A stretch of 64,000 nucleotides of DNA, from assembly GCA_036494005.1 (NCBI GenBank), contig DASXOV010000021.1:3947-67946 (forward strand), read 5' to 3'. This document shows positions 41,111 through 52,464 of the stretch, one piece after another. Source of the DNA: Pseudonocardiaceae bacterium (GTDB lineage: Bacteria > Actinomycetota > Actinomycetes > Mycobacteriales > Pseudonocardiaceae). The notes beneath the pieces were generated by a model. It searched no databases. It was not told the DNA's origin and was given only the letters and a program-made list of their open reading frames with translations. Each line of letters begins with the position of its first letter. Position 1 is the stretch's first letter. The position numbers and the translations under genes were made by a program.

Positions 41111-41508
41111 TGCGTACTCCTTCGGACGTGTTCCACCTGGCCATCCCGGTCGTCGACCTGGACGCCGCACAACGGTTCTACGTGGAGGGCCTCGGTTGTG
41201 ACATGGCCCGCCGTTATCCGGACCGCATAACGCTCAACTTCTTCGGCGATCAAGTCGTCTGCCACCTGTCCGACCGGGTGGATCCGGCTCCCGAGCTCTA
41301 CCCGAGGCACTTCGGCGTCACCTTCCGTGACCGGTGCGATTGGGAGCGACTGCTGAGCCTGGCCAGGGCGCAGCATCTGCCGTTCTTCGCCGGGCCTTTC
41401 CGCCGCTTCGACGGCAGGCCGGAAGGACACGACGCGTTCGTGTTACGCGATCCGTCGAACAATCTGCTCGAGTTCAAGTTCTACGACGATCCGCGAATGA
41501 TGTATTGA
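41110..41508 (+). CDS. VOC (glyoxalase/bleomycin resistance/dioxygenase) family protein
   Basis: FHLAIPVVDLDAAQRFYVEGLG N-terminal beta-alpha-beta-beta-beta module; 132 aa. Its ATG shares one nucleotide with the comA stop (TGATG). Confidence 0.75.
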   Translation: MRTPSDVFHLAIPVVDLDAAQRFYVEGLGCDMARRYPDRITLNFFGDQVVCHLSDRVDPAPELYPRHFGVTFRDRCDWERLLSLARAQHLPFFAGPFRRFDGRPEGHDAFVLRDPSNNLLEFKFYDDPRMMY

Positions 41509-41546
41509 GCCGCCCGCACTCCGCGCGGCGCGGCGGGGACCATACC

Positions 41547-43361
41547 TCAGCGCACGTAGAGGGCGTCGATATCGGCGGCGAAATCCTTGGCCACGACAGT
41601 GCGCTTGAGCTTCAGGGTGGGCGTGAGCTGACCACCGTTCTCGGTGAAGTCGACCGGCAGGACCCGGAACTTACGGATCGCCTCCGCCTGTGACACGGCC
41701 TTGTTGGCCTCGTCGATCGCGCTCTGCACCTCGGCGAGCAGGTCCGCGTCGCCGGTCAGTTCGGCTGCCGTGCTGCCCTCGGGCTTGCCGTGCTGGGCAC
41801 ACCACACCGGGACGGCCTCGGCGTCGAGGGTCACCAGGGCGGCGATGAAGGGCTGCCGGTCGCCCACCACCATGCACTGGCTGACCAACCGGTGCGCCCG
41901 GATGCGATCCTCCAGTACCGCGGGGGCGACGTTCTTGCCCGCCGCGGTGACGATGAGCTCCTTCTTCCGCCCGGTGATCCGCAGGAAGCCGTCCTGGTCC
42001 AATTCGCCGATGTCGCCGGTGTGGAACCAGCCCTCGAGGAGGGATTCCCGGGTGGCCTGCTCGTTGTGCCAGTAACGGCGCTGCACGCCGGGGCTCTTGA
42101 TGAGCACTTCACCGTCATCGGCGATCCTGATCGTGACGCCCGGTACCGGCTGGCCCACCGTGCCGACCCGGAAACCGCCTTCGGTGTTCACCGTGGAGGC
42201 CGCGCTCGTCTCGGTCAGCCCGTAGCCCTCCAGCACCGGTAACCCGACGCCGCGGAAGAAGTGGCCGAGCCGTTCGCCCAGCGGTGCGCCACCGGAGACG
42301 GCCGCGATGCACCGGCCGCCCAGCACCGCGCGCAGCTTGCCGTAGACCAACTGGTCGAACAGCGCGTGCTTGGTACGTAGGACGACTCCGGGGCCCCCGG
42401 CGTCCTGAGCCCGGCTCCACTCGACGGCTACGGCCTCCGCGGCGTCGAAGATGCGGCCCCTGCCGGTGGCGTGCGCCCGTTGTTTCGCCGAGTTGTAGAC
42501 CTTCTCGAACACGCGGGGTACCGAGAGCACGAAGGTGGGCCGGAACTCGCCCAGCTCGGCGACCAGGTTCTTCACGTCCGGGGTGTGCCCGAGGGTGATC
42601 CGGGCGTACACCGAACAGCACTGGATGATCCGGGCGAACACGTGGGCCAGCGGCAGGAACAGCAACACGGAATTGCCCGGCTGCATCAGCCGGGGGAAGG
42701 CCGACACCGCGCAACGGGTCTGCGCCAGCAGGTTGCGGTGGGTGAGTTCACAGCCCTTGGGGCGCCCGGTGGTCCCCGAGGTGTAGATCAACGTGGCCTG
42801 GTCCTCGGCACCCACCGACGCCGCTCGTTCCCGGGCGGTGTCGTCGCTGACCGAGGCACCGAGCGCGGCCAGCTCGTCGATCGCCGCGGCGGGGCCGGCG
42901 CTCCCGGTGGCGGGCTCGATCTGCCACACCGTGGCCACGTCGCCCAGCCGGTCGACCAGACCCTGCACCATCTCCCGGTGCGCGGCGTTCTCGACCACGA
43001 TCGCCCTGGCGCCGGAGTCGGACAGGATCCACTCCACCTGCTCGGGCGAGGACGTCTCGTAAATCGGCACCGTCGATCCGCCCGCGGCCCAGATGGCGTA
43101 GTCCAGCAGGGTCCACTCGTAGCGGGTCTTGGACAGCAGCGCGATCCGGTCCCCGCGCTCGATACCCGATGCGATGAGGCCTTTGGCGACCGCGGTCACC
43201 TGGTCGGCGAAGTCCCGCGCCGTGACGTCGGTCCAACCGCCGTCGACCCGGCGACGGAAGCTGATGCTGCCGGCGAACCGCTCGGCATTCGCCCACACCA
43301 CGTCGGTGAGGTTCTCCTCGTCGGCGACCATGGTGGTGGCACGAACAGTGAACTCCCGCAC
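41547..43361 (-). CDS. fadD15: long-chain fatty acid--CoA ligase (FadD15-like)
   Basis: 604 aa with ANL motifs YTSGTTGRPKG, YGLTE, TGDIG and LTPTLKLKR. GTG is preceded by GGAGGGG. Confidence 0.9.
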   Translation of the reverse strand: MREFTVRATTMVADEENLTDVVWANAERFAGSISFRRRVDGGWTDVTARDFADQVTAVAKGLIASGIERGDRIALLSKTRYEWTLLDYAIWAAGGSTVPIYETSSPEQVEWILSDSGARAIVVENAAHREMVQGLVDRLGDVATVWQIEPATGSAGPAAAIDELAALGASVSDDTARERAASVGAEDQATLIYTSGTTGRPKGCELTHRNLLAQTRCAVSAFPRLMQPGNSVLLFLPLAHVFARIIQCCSVYARITLGHTPDVKNLVAELGEFRPTFVLSVPRVFEKVYNSAKQRAHATGRGRIFDAAEAVAVEWSRAQDAGGPGVVLRTKHALFDQLVYGKLRAVLGGRCIAAVSGGAPLGERLGHFFRGVGLPVLEGYGLTETSAASTVNTEGGFRVGTVGQPVPGVTIRIADDGEVLIKSPGVQRRYWHNEQATRESLLEGWFHTGDIGELDQDGFLRITGRKKELIVTAAGKNVAPAVLEDRIRAHRLVSQCMVVGDRQPFIAALVTLDAEAVPVWCAQHGKPEGSTAAELTGDADLLAEVQSAIDEANKAVSQAEAIRKFRVLPVDFTENGGQLTPTLKLKRTVVAKDFAADIDALYVR

Positions 43362-43521
43362 GGGGACCCCTCCGGTAGGTTGGTTGGTCCAAGTACGCCC
43401 GGTAAGGCATACGCCCGGTAAAACATCGGTAGCCGTCTGCCGACTTCAGTATTGAACGTATCGCGAGCGCCGTTTCACCGGACGGGCTGGGGCGATGTGG
43501 CCCGAGTGATGCGGCCGAGCG

Positions 43522-43971
43522 ATGGGGCTGGTGCACATGACGTCGGTCGACGTGTCAGACGAGACCTGGTTCGCGGTGCCCGCCCGGGTACTGGCGGCAG
43601 TGTTCGCCCCACCCCGCAGCTGGCCACGGATCTGGCCGGATCTGCAGCTGGAGGTATTCGCGGATCGGGGCGAGCAGGGCATGCGCTGGACGGTCACCGG
43701 TGCCCTGGTGGGCAGCATGGAGGTGTGGCTGGAGGCACTGGGTCCCGGCCCGGTGTCCGCGGCCGGGTCCGGTGCTGGGTCAGGCACCGTGCTGCATTAC
43801 TACCTGCGGGCTGACCTGGCGGGACCGGACGGTGCGGCCCGGCCGGTCACCCCCCGGCGCGCAGGCGCCGAGGCCGCCTGGCGGCACCGGGCTGCGAAGC
43901 GGTTCGCCCTCACCCTCAAAAGGCGCCTGGAGGCTGGGCGGGCTCCCGGCGAGCCGCCACGGCACGGTTGA
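43522..43971 (+). CDS. conserved hypothetical protein, possibly SRPBCC-like
   Basis: 149 aa in the conserved position upstream of the metallophosphoesterase. Family assignment is weak and the start is uncertain (43522 or 43537). Confidence 0.45.
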   Translation: MGLVHMTSVDVSDETWFAVPARVLAAVFAPPRSWPRIWPDLQLEVFADRGEQGMRWTVTGALVGSMEVWLEALGPGPVSAAGSGAGSGTVLHYYLRADLAGPDGAARPVTPRRAGAEAAWRHRAAKRFALTLKRRLEAGRAPGEPPRHG

Positions 43972-44037
43972 GTCACACCCGGGGTGGGCCCCTGTGGGTA
44001 CACCCGAGGTGACGAGCCGCCGCGTAATCTTCAGCCG

Positions 44038-44826
44038 GTGCGGGTCCATGTGGTGTCCGACGTGCACGGCAACGTGGCCGATCTGGCCAGGGCGGGTGAG
44101 GGCGCCGACGCGTTGCTCGTGCTCGGAGATCTGATCGACTTCGTGGATTACCACGATCACTCCGCGGGCATTCTCGGCCGGGTCTTCGGGCCCGCGGCCG
44201 TCGGGAGGTACGCACAGCTGCGCTGCGGGGGTGCTCGCGGCGAGGCGTTCGCCTTTGTGCGTGACCTGTGGACGCGGCTGGACAACCCCGCTCAAGTAGT
44301 GCGTGAGGCCGTCGCCGAGCAGTACCAGCGGTTGTTCGCGGTGCTGCCTACTCCGACCTACGCCACCCCGGGCAATGTCGACCTGCCCGAGTTGTGGCCG
44401 CGGTTCGCGCACACCGGCGTCCATGTCCTGGACGGTCAGACCGTGGAGATCGGCGGCCTGCGGTGGGGTTTCGTCGGAGGGGCGGTGCTGCCTCCCGGCG
44501 TCATCCAGCGACCCGGCGCGGCGTTCCGCCCCTACCTGCGGAGCGAGCGGGACTACGCGAAGGTCCTCGCCGGGCTGGGCAGTGTGGACGTGATGTGCAG
44601 CCATGTCCCGCCCGCGGTGCCCGAACTGCTCTACGACGTCCACGCCCGGCGCCCCGAGACCGGTTCGGAGCATCTGCTCCACCTGATCCGGCGGGATCAC
44701 CCACGTGCCGCGCTGTTCGGACACGTGCATCAACCGCTGGCTCGCCGGGTCCGGGTGGCCCGCACCGAGTGCATCAACGTGGGGCATTTCCAACGGACCA
44801 GGTCACCGTATGTGCTGCGGTGGTGA
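44038..44826 (+). CDS. metallophosphoesterase
   Basis: VHVVSDVHGN and LVLGDLIDF motifs, with a later GNVD motif and GHVH. Confidence 0.8.
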   Translation: MRVHVVSDVHGNVADLARAGEGADALLVLGDLIDFVDYHDHSAGILGRVFGPAAVGRYAQLRCGGARGEAFAFVRDLWTRLDNPAQVVREAVAEQYQRLFAVLPTPTYATPGNVDLPELWPRFAHTGVHVLDGQTVEIGGLRWGFVGGAVLPPGVIQRPGAAFRPYLRSERDYAKVLAGLGSVDVMCSHVPPAVPELLYDVHARRPETGSEHLLHLIRRDHPRAALFGHVHQPLARRVRVARTECINVGHFQRTRSPYVLRW

Positions 44827-44863
44827 CCATTGCCGGCGAGGGGGCGCCGGGTAACCTGCCGAC

Positions 44864-45298
44864 ATGGCCGATCAGTCCACCCAGTCCATCGTCATCAACG
44901 CCGAGCCGAAGGCGATCATGGACGTGATCGCCGACTTCTCCGCCTACCCGGAGTGGGCGATGGGTGTGAAGAAGTGCGAAGTGATTGCTCCGGGCAGCGA
45001 CGACCGCGCGGACCAGGTACGTTTTCTGCTGGACGCGGGCGTGGTCAAGGATGAGTACGTGCTCGCCTACGACTGGTCCGCCGACGGACTGGCGGTGCAC
45101 TGGGAGCTGATCAAGGGCCAGATGCAGAAGGCCCAGCAGGGCTCCTATGTTCTGGAACCGGACGGTGGTTCGACCAGAGTGACCTACAGCCTCACCGTTG
45201 AGCTGGCGATCCCGATGATCGGGATGTTCAAGCGCAAGGCCGAGAAGGTGATCATGGACATCGCGCTGAAGGAACTCAAGCGTCGCGTGGAGTCCTGA
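44864..45298 (+). CDS. SRPBCC (cyclase/dehydrase) family protein, Rv2185c-like
   Basis: 144 aa with IVINAEPKAIMDVIADFSAYPEW, typical of the polyketide_cyc2/SRPBCC fold. Confidence 0.8.
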   Translation: MADQSTQSIVINAEPKAIMDVIADFSAYPEWAMGVKKCEVIAPGSDDRADQVRFLLDAGVVKDEYVLAYDWSADGLAVHWELIKGQMQKAQQGSYVLEPDGGSTRVTYSLTVELAIPMIGMFKRKAEKVIMDIALKELKRRVES

Positions 45299-45384
45299 GC
45301 CTGGTACCGGCCTGAGGATCCGCGCCCGGTAGTGATTCCCCGATTTCTGAATCGGCGCCGGGACCGCGGAAAGGAGGCAGCGGG

Positions 45385-46620
45385 GTGCGAGTTGTGCTCT
45401 TCGCCGGCAAAGGTGGGGTCGGCAAGACCACCCTCGCCGCCGCCTGCGCGGCATCGCTGAGCGCTGCCGGGCGGAAGACACTGGTCGTGTCCACCGACCC
45501 CGCGCACTCGCTCGGTGATGTGGTGGGGGCCGGACTCGGTTCCGATCCGTCCGAGGTCGAAGATGGCCTCTTCGCCTCCGAAGTGGACACCCGCGCTCTG
45601 CTCGGCGGGGCCTGGTCAACGCTGCGCAGTCATCTCGCCACCTTGCTGGCCGGTGCCGGGGTGGACGAGGTGGTGGCCGAAGAGCTGACCGTGCTGCCCG
45701 GGTTCGAGGAGCTGCTGGCGCTCTCCGAGGTGCAACGCATGGCACGTACCGGACCGTGGGAGGCGGTGATCGTGGACTGCGGTCCCACGGCCGACGCGTT
45801 GCGGCTGCTCGCCCTGCCCGAGGCCTGTGCGGGTTATCTGGAACGAATCTTCCCCACGCACCGCCGGATGGTGCGGGGGCTGTTCGCCGGGCTGGGCGGC
45901 ACGAACTCATCCGCGCATCGCTGGGAGGCCACCACCGACGCCTTGAGCAGGCTGGCCGAGTACCTGGAGTCGCTGCGCTCATGGGTGACCGATTCCGCGG
46001 CGACCTCGGTGCGGCTGGTGCTCACCCCGGAGCGGGTGGTCGCCGCGGAGAGCCGCAGGTCGGTCACCGCACTGGCTCTGCAGGGGATCCGGGTGGACGG
46101 GCTGCTGGTCAACCGGCTGGTCCCCGCGGTGGCAGGCAACGCGAAGGGAGCGGCGGCCCGCTGGCTGCGTACCCGGCGCCAGGAGCAGGACTCGGTCCTC
46201 GCGGCGCTACGTGCTGATCTGCCGGGCATCCCGGTGCGCACCGTCGAGCACCGGGCTGCCGAACCGGTGGGGCTTGCGGCGCTTCGGGACCTCGCCGCCG
46301 ACCTCGGTGGCCCCGATGATCCAGTGCTCGACCTCGCCCCCGGACCACGCGAAACGGACCCGCCGATGATCGCCGTCACCCACCTCGCCGGATCCGGGCT
46401 GGACGCCGAGTATCAGTTGCGGCTCGCGCTGCCATTGCTGGACGCCGCCGCTGTGGAGCTGTCCCGGGTGGACGACGATCTCGCGGTGACCGCCGCCGGA
46501 CACCGCAGGCTGGTGGCGCTGCCCTCGGTCCTGCGGCGCTGCACGGTCATCGGGGCCGTGGCCGACAGCGCAGGCCTGGTCGTGACGTTCCGGCCGGATC
46601 CCGCGGTGTGGATGCGATGA
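45385..46620 (+). CDS. ArsA/GET3-family ATPase
   Basis: Deviant Walker A GKGGVGKTT and the VVSTDPAHSL motif; 411 aa. Confidence 0.85.
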   Translation: MRVVLFAGKGGVGKTTLAAACAASLSAAGRKTLVVSTDPAHSLGDVVGAGLGSDPSEVEDGLFASEVDTRALLGGAWSTLRSHLATLLAGAGVDEVVAEELTVLPGFEELLALSEVQRMARTGPWEAVIVDCGPTADALRLLALPEACAGYLERIFPTHRRMVRGLFAGLGGTNSSAHRWEATTDALSRLAEYLESLRSWVTDSAATSVRLVLTPERVVAAESRRSVTALALQGIRVDGLLVNRLVPAVAGNAKGAAARWLRTRRQEQDSVLAALRADLPGIPVRTVEHRAAEPVGLAALRDLAADLGGPDDPVLDLAPGPRETDPPMIAVTHLAGSGLDAEYQLRLALPLLDAAAVELSRVDDDLAVTAAGHRRLVALPSVLRRCTVIGAVADSAGLVVTFRPDPAVWMR

Positions 46621-47036
46621 GCGCACCAGAGCAGGGCGCGCAGGAGTGCGGCGCGCATCCCCGCATCAGTGCCGAGCTGCGCGCCATGGCCGAGTTGTTC
46701 GCCGCCCGCTTGCAGCCGTGGCTGGAGCGCATGGCACGCGACGGTGTCCCAGGGCAGGACCCAGGGCCGGGCGAGGAACAGGGTGACTCGCCGTGCACTC
46801 GATGTCCGCTGTGTGCGCTGCTCGCCGCTGTGCGCGGTGATCGGCCGGATGTCGTGGGCCGGCTTGCCGAGCATGCCGCCGGGCTGGCCACGGCGGTGCG
46901 CGATCTGGTGACGCCACCCGCCGAGCCTGGTGGGGAGAATGGTCACGCTGCGCACGACAGGTCGGGGCGGGTCTCGGTGCAGCACATCGTGGTGCACGCG
47001 CCCGCGCGTGACGAGGGCGGCGCGCCCGGGTGCTGA
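46617..47036 (+). CDS. hypothetical Cys-motif protein translationally coupled to the ArsA-like ATPase
   Basis: ATGA overlap with the upstream stop; carries a CTRCPLCA motif. It is possibly DUF5304-like, but that assignment is from memory. Confidence 0.45.
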   Translation: MSAPEQGAQECGAHPRISAELRAMAELFAARLQPWLERMARDGVPGQDPGPGEEQGDSPCTRCPLCALLAAVRGDRPDVVGRLAEHAAGLATAVRDLVTPPAEPGGENGHAAHDRSGRVSVQHIVVHAPARDEGGAPGC

Positions 47037-47980
47037 CGGTGGGGATCGATGTCGGCGGGACCAGTGTGCGAGCCGGCCTGGTCGATTCGACCGGTGCCGT
47101 CCTGGACGTCCGGCGCGTGGCCGCTCCGGCCGATGCCGGGGCGTTGGAGGACGCGATCGTGACGGCGGTGACCGAGCTCGTCGCCGGGCACCGCGACGTG
47201 CGCGCCGTCGGGCTCGCCGTGGCCGGTTTCGTGAGTCTCGACCGGCGGCATGTCGGGTTCTCGGCGCACCTGCCCTGGCGTGGAGTCCCGGTGGCCGAAG
47301 GGATCGAACGCCGGCTCGGCATGCCGGTACTCCTGGAACACGACGCCAACGCGGCCGCGCTCGCCGAGCACTGCTACGGCGCCGCGCTCGGGGGCGGAGT
47401 CGCGCTGCTGGTGGTGCTGGGCACCGGGATTGGCGGCGCGCTCCTCGTCGAAGGGGAATTGTTCCGGGGTGCCCACGGCGTGGCGCCTGAGCTGGGGCAC
47501 CTGCGGGTGGTTCCCGAGGGACGGCCGTGCTCGTGCGGAAAGCGCGGGTGCTGGGAGCGTTACTGCAGCGGTACCGGTCTCGCGAGTACCGCACGCGAGC
47601 TGCTCGCCGCGCGGAGCGGCACCTCGGGTCCGCTGGCACGGGAGGTGAGCGGCGATCCGCGTCGGCTCACCGGGCGCCGGGTGGCGCTGGCAGCCCGCAA
47701 CGGCGACCCGGTCGCGCTGGAGGCGATGGCCGAGCTGGCTCGCTGGCTGGGTGAGGGCCTGGCGCTGGTGGCCGATGTCTACGACCCCGAGGTGGTGGTG
47801 ATCGGGGGAGGGATGTCGGAGTCGGCTCCGCTGTTCCTCGACGACGCGCGCGAGCATTACGCCGCAGTGGTGACCGGGGCAGGGCACCGGACGCTGGCCC
47901 GTATCCGCACGGCGCAGCTCGGTGCTGACGCAGGCCTCGTCGGGGCCGCGCTGCTGGCACGGTCGGCGGCCATATCCTGA
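47030..47980 (+). CDS. ROK family sugar kinase (glucokinase-like)
   Basis: VGIDVGGTSVR N-terminus, a GTGIGGAL motif and the ROK zinc motif CSCGKRGCWE. Confidence 0.85.
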   Translation: MLTVGIDVGGTSVRAGLVDSTGAVLDVRRVAAPADAGALEDAIVTAVTELVAGHRDVRAVGLAVAGFVSLDRRHVGFSAHLPWRGVPVAEGIERRLGMPVLLEHDANAAALAEHCYGAALGGGVALLVVLGTGIGGALLVEGELFRGAHGVAPELGHLRVVPEGRPCSCGKRGCWERYCSGTGLASTARELLAARSGTSGPLAREVSGDPRRLTGRRVALAARNGDPVALEAMAELARWLGEGLALVADVYDPEVVVIGGGMSESAPLFLDDAREHYAAVVTGAGHRTLARIRTAQLGADAGLVGAALLARSAAIS

Positions 47981-48006
47981 ACCCACCGCGGCCTGAACTC
48001 ACCGCG

Positions 48007-48477
48007 CTAGAGCCGAGCGCCGTCGTCCCATCCTTCCGGTGGCGGACCGCCGCGCAACCCGAGCACCAGCCAGCCGATTCCCGCCGTGATGGCGAGCAGG
48101 CCGAGGGGAGTGCCCGCGACATCGCTCAAGCTCAGCACGCTCGGCCGGATCAGCAGCAGTATCCCGGTGACGATCAGCAGCATGCCGCCCAGGGTTCGCG
48201 GGCGGGGCACCGGTAACGGCGGCGGTTCCGGGGGCTCGTAATGGTCCCCGTCGCCGGTGTCCTGCCGGCTGTCCTGCAGTCGATGTCCGGTTGTCGCCGG
48301 CGGAACGGGCTCCCGGCTGTCCAGGACTCGATCCGCGTCCGCAGGCCAGCGCGGTGCGTCCGGTTCGGCTCGCCAATCTGCGATGATCCCGGCGAACGCG
48401 GCGTCGGTGTCCTCGGAGCCGCTGTGGTGTCCCTGGTCACGACCGTCCTGCTCATCGGGATCGGGGACGGTCACCAC
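48007..48477 (-). CDS. hypothetical membrane protein
   Basis: Acidic N-terminus plus two C-terminal TM helices. I recognise no family. Confidence 0.45.
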   Translation of the reverse strand: MVTVPDPDEQDGRDQGHHSGSEDTDAAFAGIIADWRAEPDAPRWPADADRVLDSREPVPPATTGHRLQDSRQDTGDGDHYEPPEPPPLPVPRPRTLGGMLLIVTGILLLIRPSVLSLSDVAGTPLGLLAITAGIGWLVLGLRGGPPPEGWDDGARL

Positions 48478-48663
48478 CAGGACACCACCTCACCGGTCGC
48501 CAGGATTCGCTGCAGCAGAGACGGTACCGGGCCTGCGCTGACGCTGCCCGCCCGCCGCCTCGACCTGCTAGGACGGGGGTAACGACGGGTCCGTTGTGTC
48601 GTACAGACCGCGCTCCGTAGGCTGGCGTACGCCTGGCCAGCGGGACGAAGGAAGGAACGGTGG

Positions 48664-49368
48664 GTGTTCTACTGGCTACTCAAGCACCTGCTTCTCGGTC
48701 CTGTGATGCGGTTGGCCTGTCGCCCACAGATCCGGGGCGGCGAGCATCTTCCCGCGCACGGAGGGGCCATTTTGGCCAGCAACCACCTCGCGGTCGCCGA
48801 CTCGTTCTTCCTTCCGCTGATGGTGCACCGCCGCGTGACCTTTCTGGCCAAGGGTGAGTACTTCACGTCTCCCGGTGTGCGCGGATGGCTCAAGCGGCAG
48901 TTCTTCAGCGCGGCCGGTCAGGTTCCGATCGATCGTTCCAGTGCCTCGGCCGCGCAGGCAGCCCTCGCCACCGGGGTACGGCTGCTGGCCGAGGGGCACC
49001 TGCTGGGCATCTACCCGGAGGGCACCCGGTCGCCGGACGGCCGGTTGTACAAGGGCAAGACCGGCGTCGCCCGGTTGGCGCTCGAAGCCGGCGTGCCGGT
49101 CATCCCGGTCGCCATGGTGGGCACCGACCGGGTCAATCCGATCGGTTCCAAGATGTGGCGCCCTTATCAGGTCGAGATACGTTTCGGTGCCCCCCTGGAC
49201 TTCGCCCGGTATGCGGGCCTGGCCGGTGACCGGTTCGTCGAACGGTCCATGGTCGATGAGATCATGTATTCGTTGATGGAGCTTTCCGGTCAGGAATACG
49301 TCGACATATATGCCGCCTCCATCAAAGAGCGCGACGCCGCCGCACAGCGCGCAGGGCAGAGAGGATGA
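48664..49368 (+). CDS. 1-acyl-sn-glycerol-3-phosphate acyltransferase family protein
   Basis: Acyltransferase HX4D-type motif (NHLAVADS) and an IYPEGTRS motif. GTG is preceded by GGAAGGAA. Confidence 0.85.
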   Translation: MFYWLLKHLLLGPVMRLACRPQIRGGEHLPAHGGAILASNHLAVADSFFLPLMVHRRVTFLAKGEYFTSPGVRGWLKRQFFSAAGQVPIDRSSASAAQAALATGVRLLAEGHLLGIYPEGTRSPDGRLYKGKTGVARLALEAGVPVIPVAMVGTDRVNPIGSKMWRPYQVEIRFGAPLDFARYAGLAGDRFVERSMVDEIMYSLMELSGQEYVDIYAASIKERDAAAQRAGQRG

Positions 49369-49380
49369 GGGTCGGATCAG

Positions 49381-49881
49381 GTGCGGTTCTTCTACGACTG
49401 CGAGTTCATCGAGGACGGCGAGACCATCGAACTGATCTCCATCGGGGTGGTGGACGAGAAGGGCCGGGAGTACTACGCGGTGTCCACCGAGTTCGATCCG
49501 CAGCGGGCGGGTGACTGGGTGCGATCACGTGTGCTGCCCAAGCTGCCGCCACCGGCCGAGCCGGCCTGGCGCTCTCGGGTGGCGATCCGCGAGACCCTGC
49601 TGGAGTTCCTCACCGCCTCCGGGGACGGGGTCGAGTTGTGGGCCTGGTTCGCCGCGTACGACCACGTCGCCCTGGCGCAGTTGTGGGGTGCGATGCCCGC
49701 CCTGCCGAGGGCATTGCCCCGTTTCACCCGGGAGTTGCGGCAGCGTTGGGAGGACGCGGGCAAACCACCGTTGCCCCCGCCGCCGAACGACGCACACGAC
49801 GCGCTGGCCGACGCCCGGCACAACCTCACTCGATGGCGGGCGATCGAACGGCACCGCTCGGCGCGGGCGGGTCATCCCTGA
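49381..49881 (+). CDS. DEDD 3'-5' exoribonuclease, Rv2179c-like
   Basis: FFYDCEFIEDG (DxE), a WAWFAAYDHVAL motif and a C-terminal HDALADA motif. Confidence 0.75.
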   Translation: MRFFYDCEFIEDGETIELISIGVVDEKGREYYAVSTEFDPQRAGDWVRSRVLPKLPPPAEPAWRSRVAIRETLLEFLTASGDGVELWAWFAAYDHVALAQLWGAMPALPRALPRFTRELRQRWEDAGKPPLPPPPNDAHDALADARHNLTRWRAIERHRSARAGHP

Positions 49882-49958
49882 CGACTCCACCTTGCTGGAC
49901 CGATCAAGTCGTGCGACTCTCACGCTGTCCACGACAGAACGGAACGAAGGGGAATTCA

Positions 49959-52440
<2,482 letters not shown>

Positions 52441-52464
52441 GCTCCGGGACCCGCGTTGAGTCCT

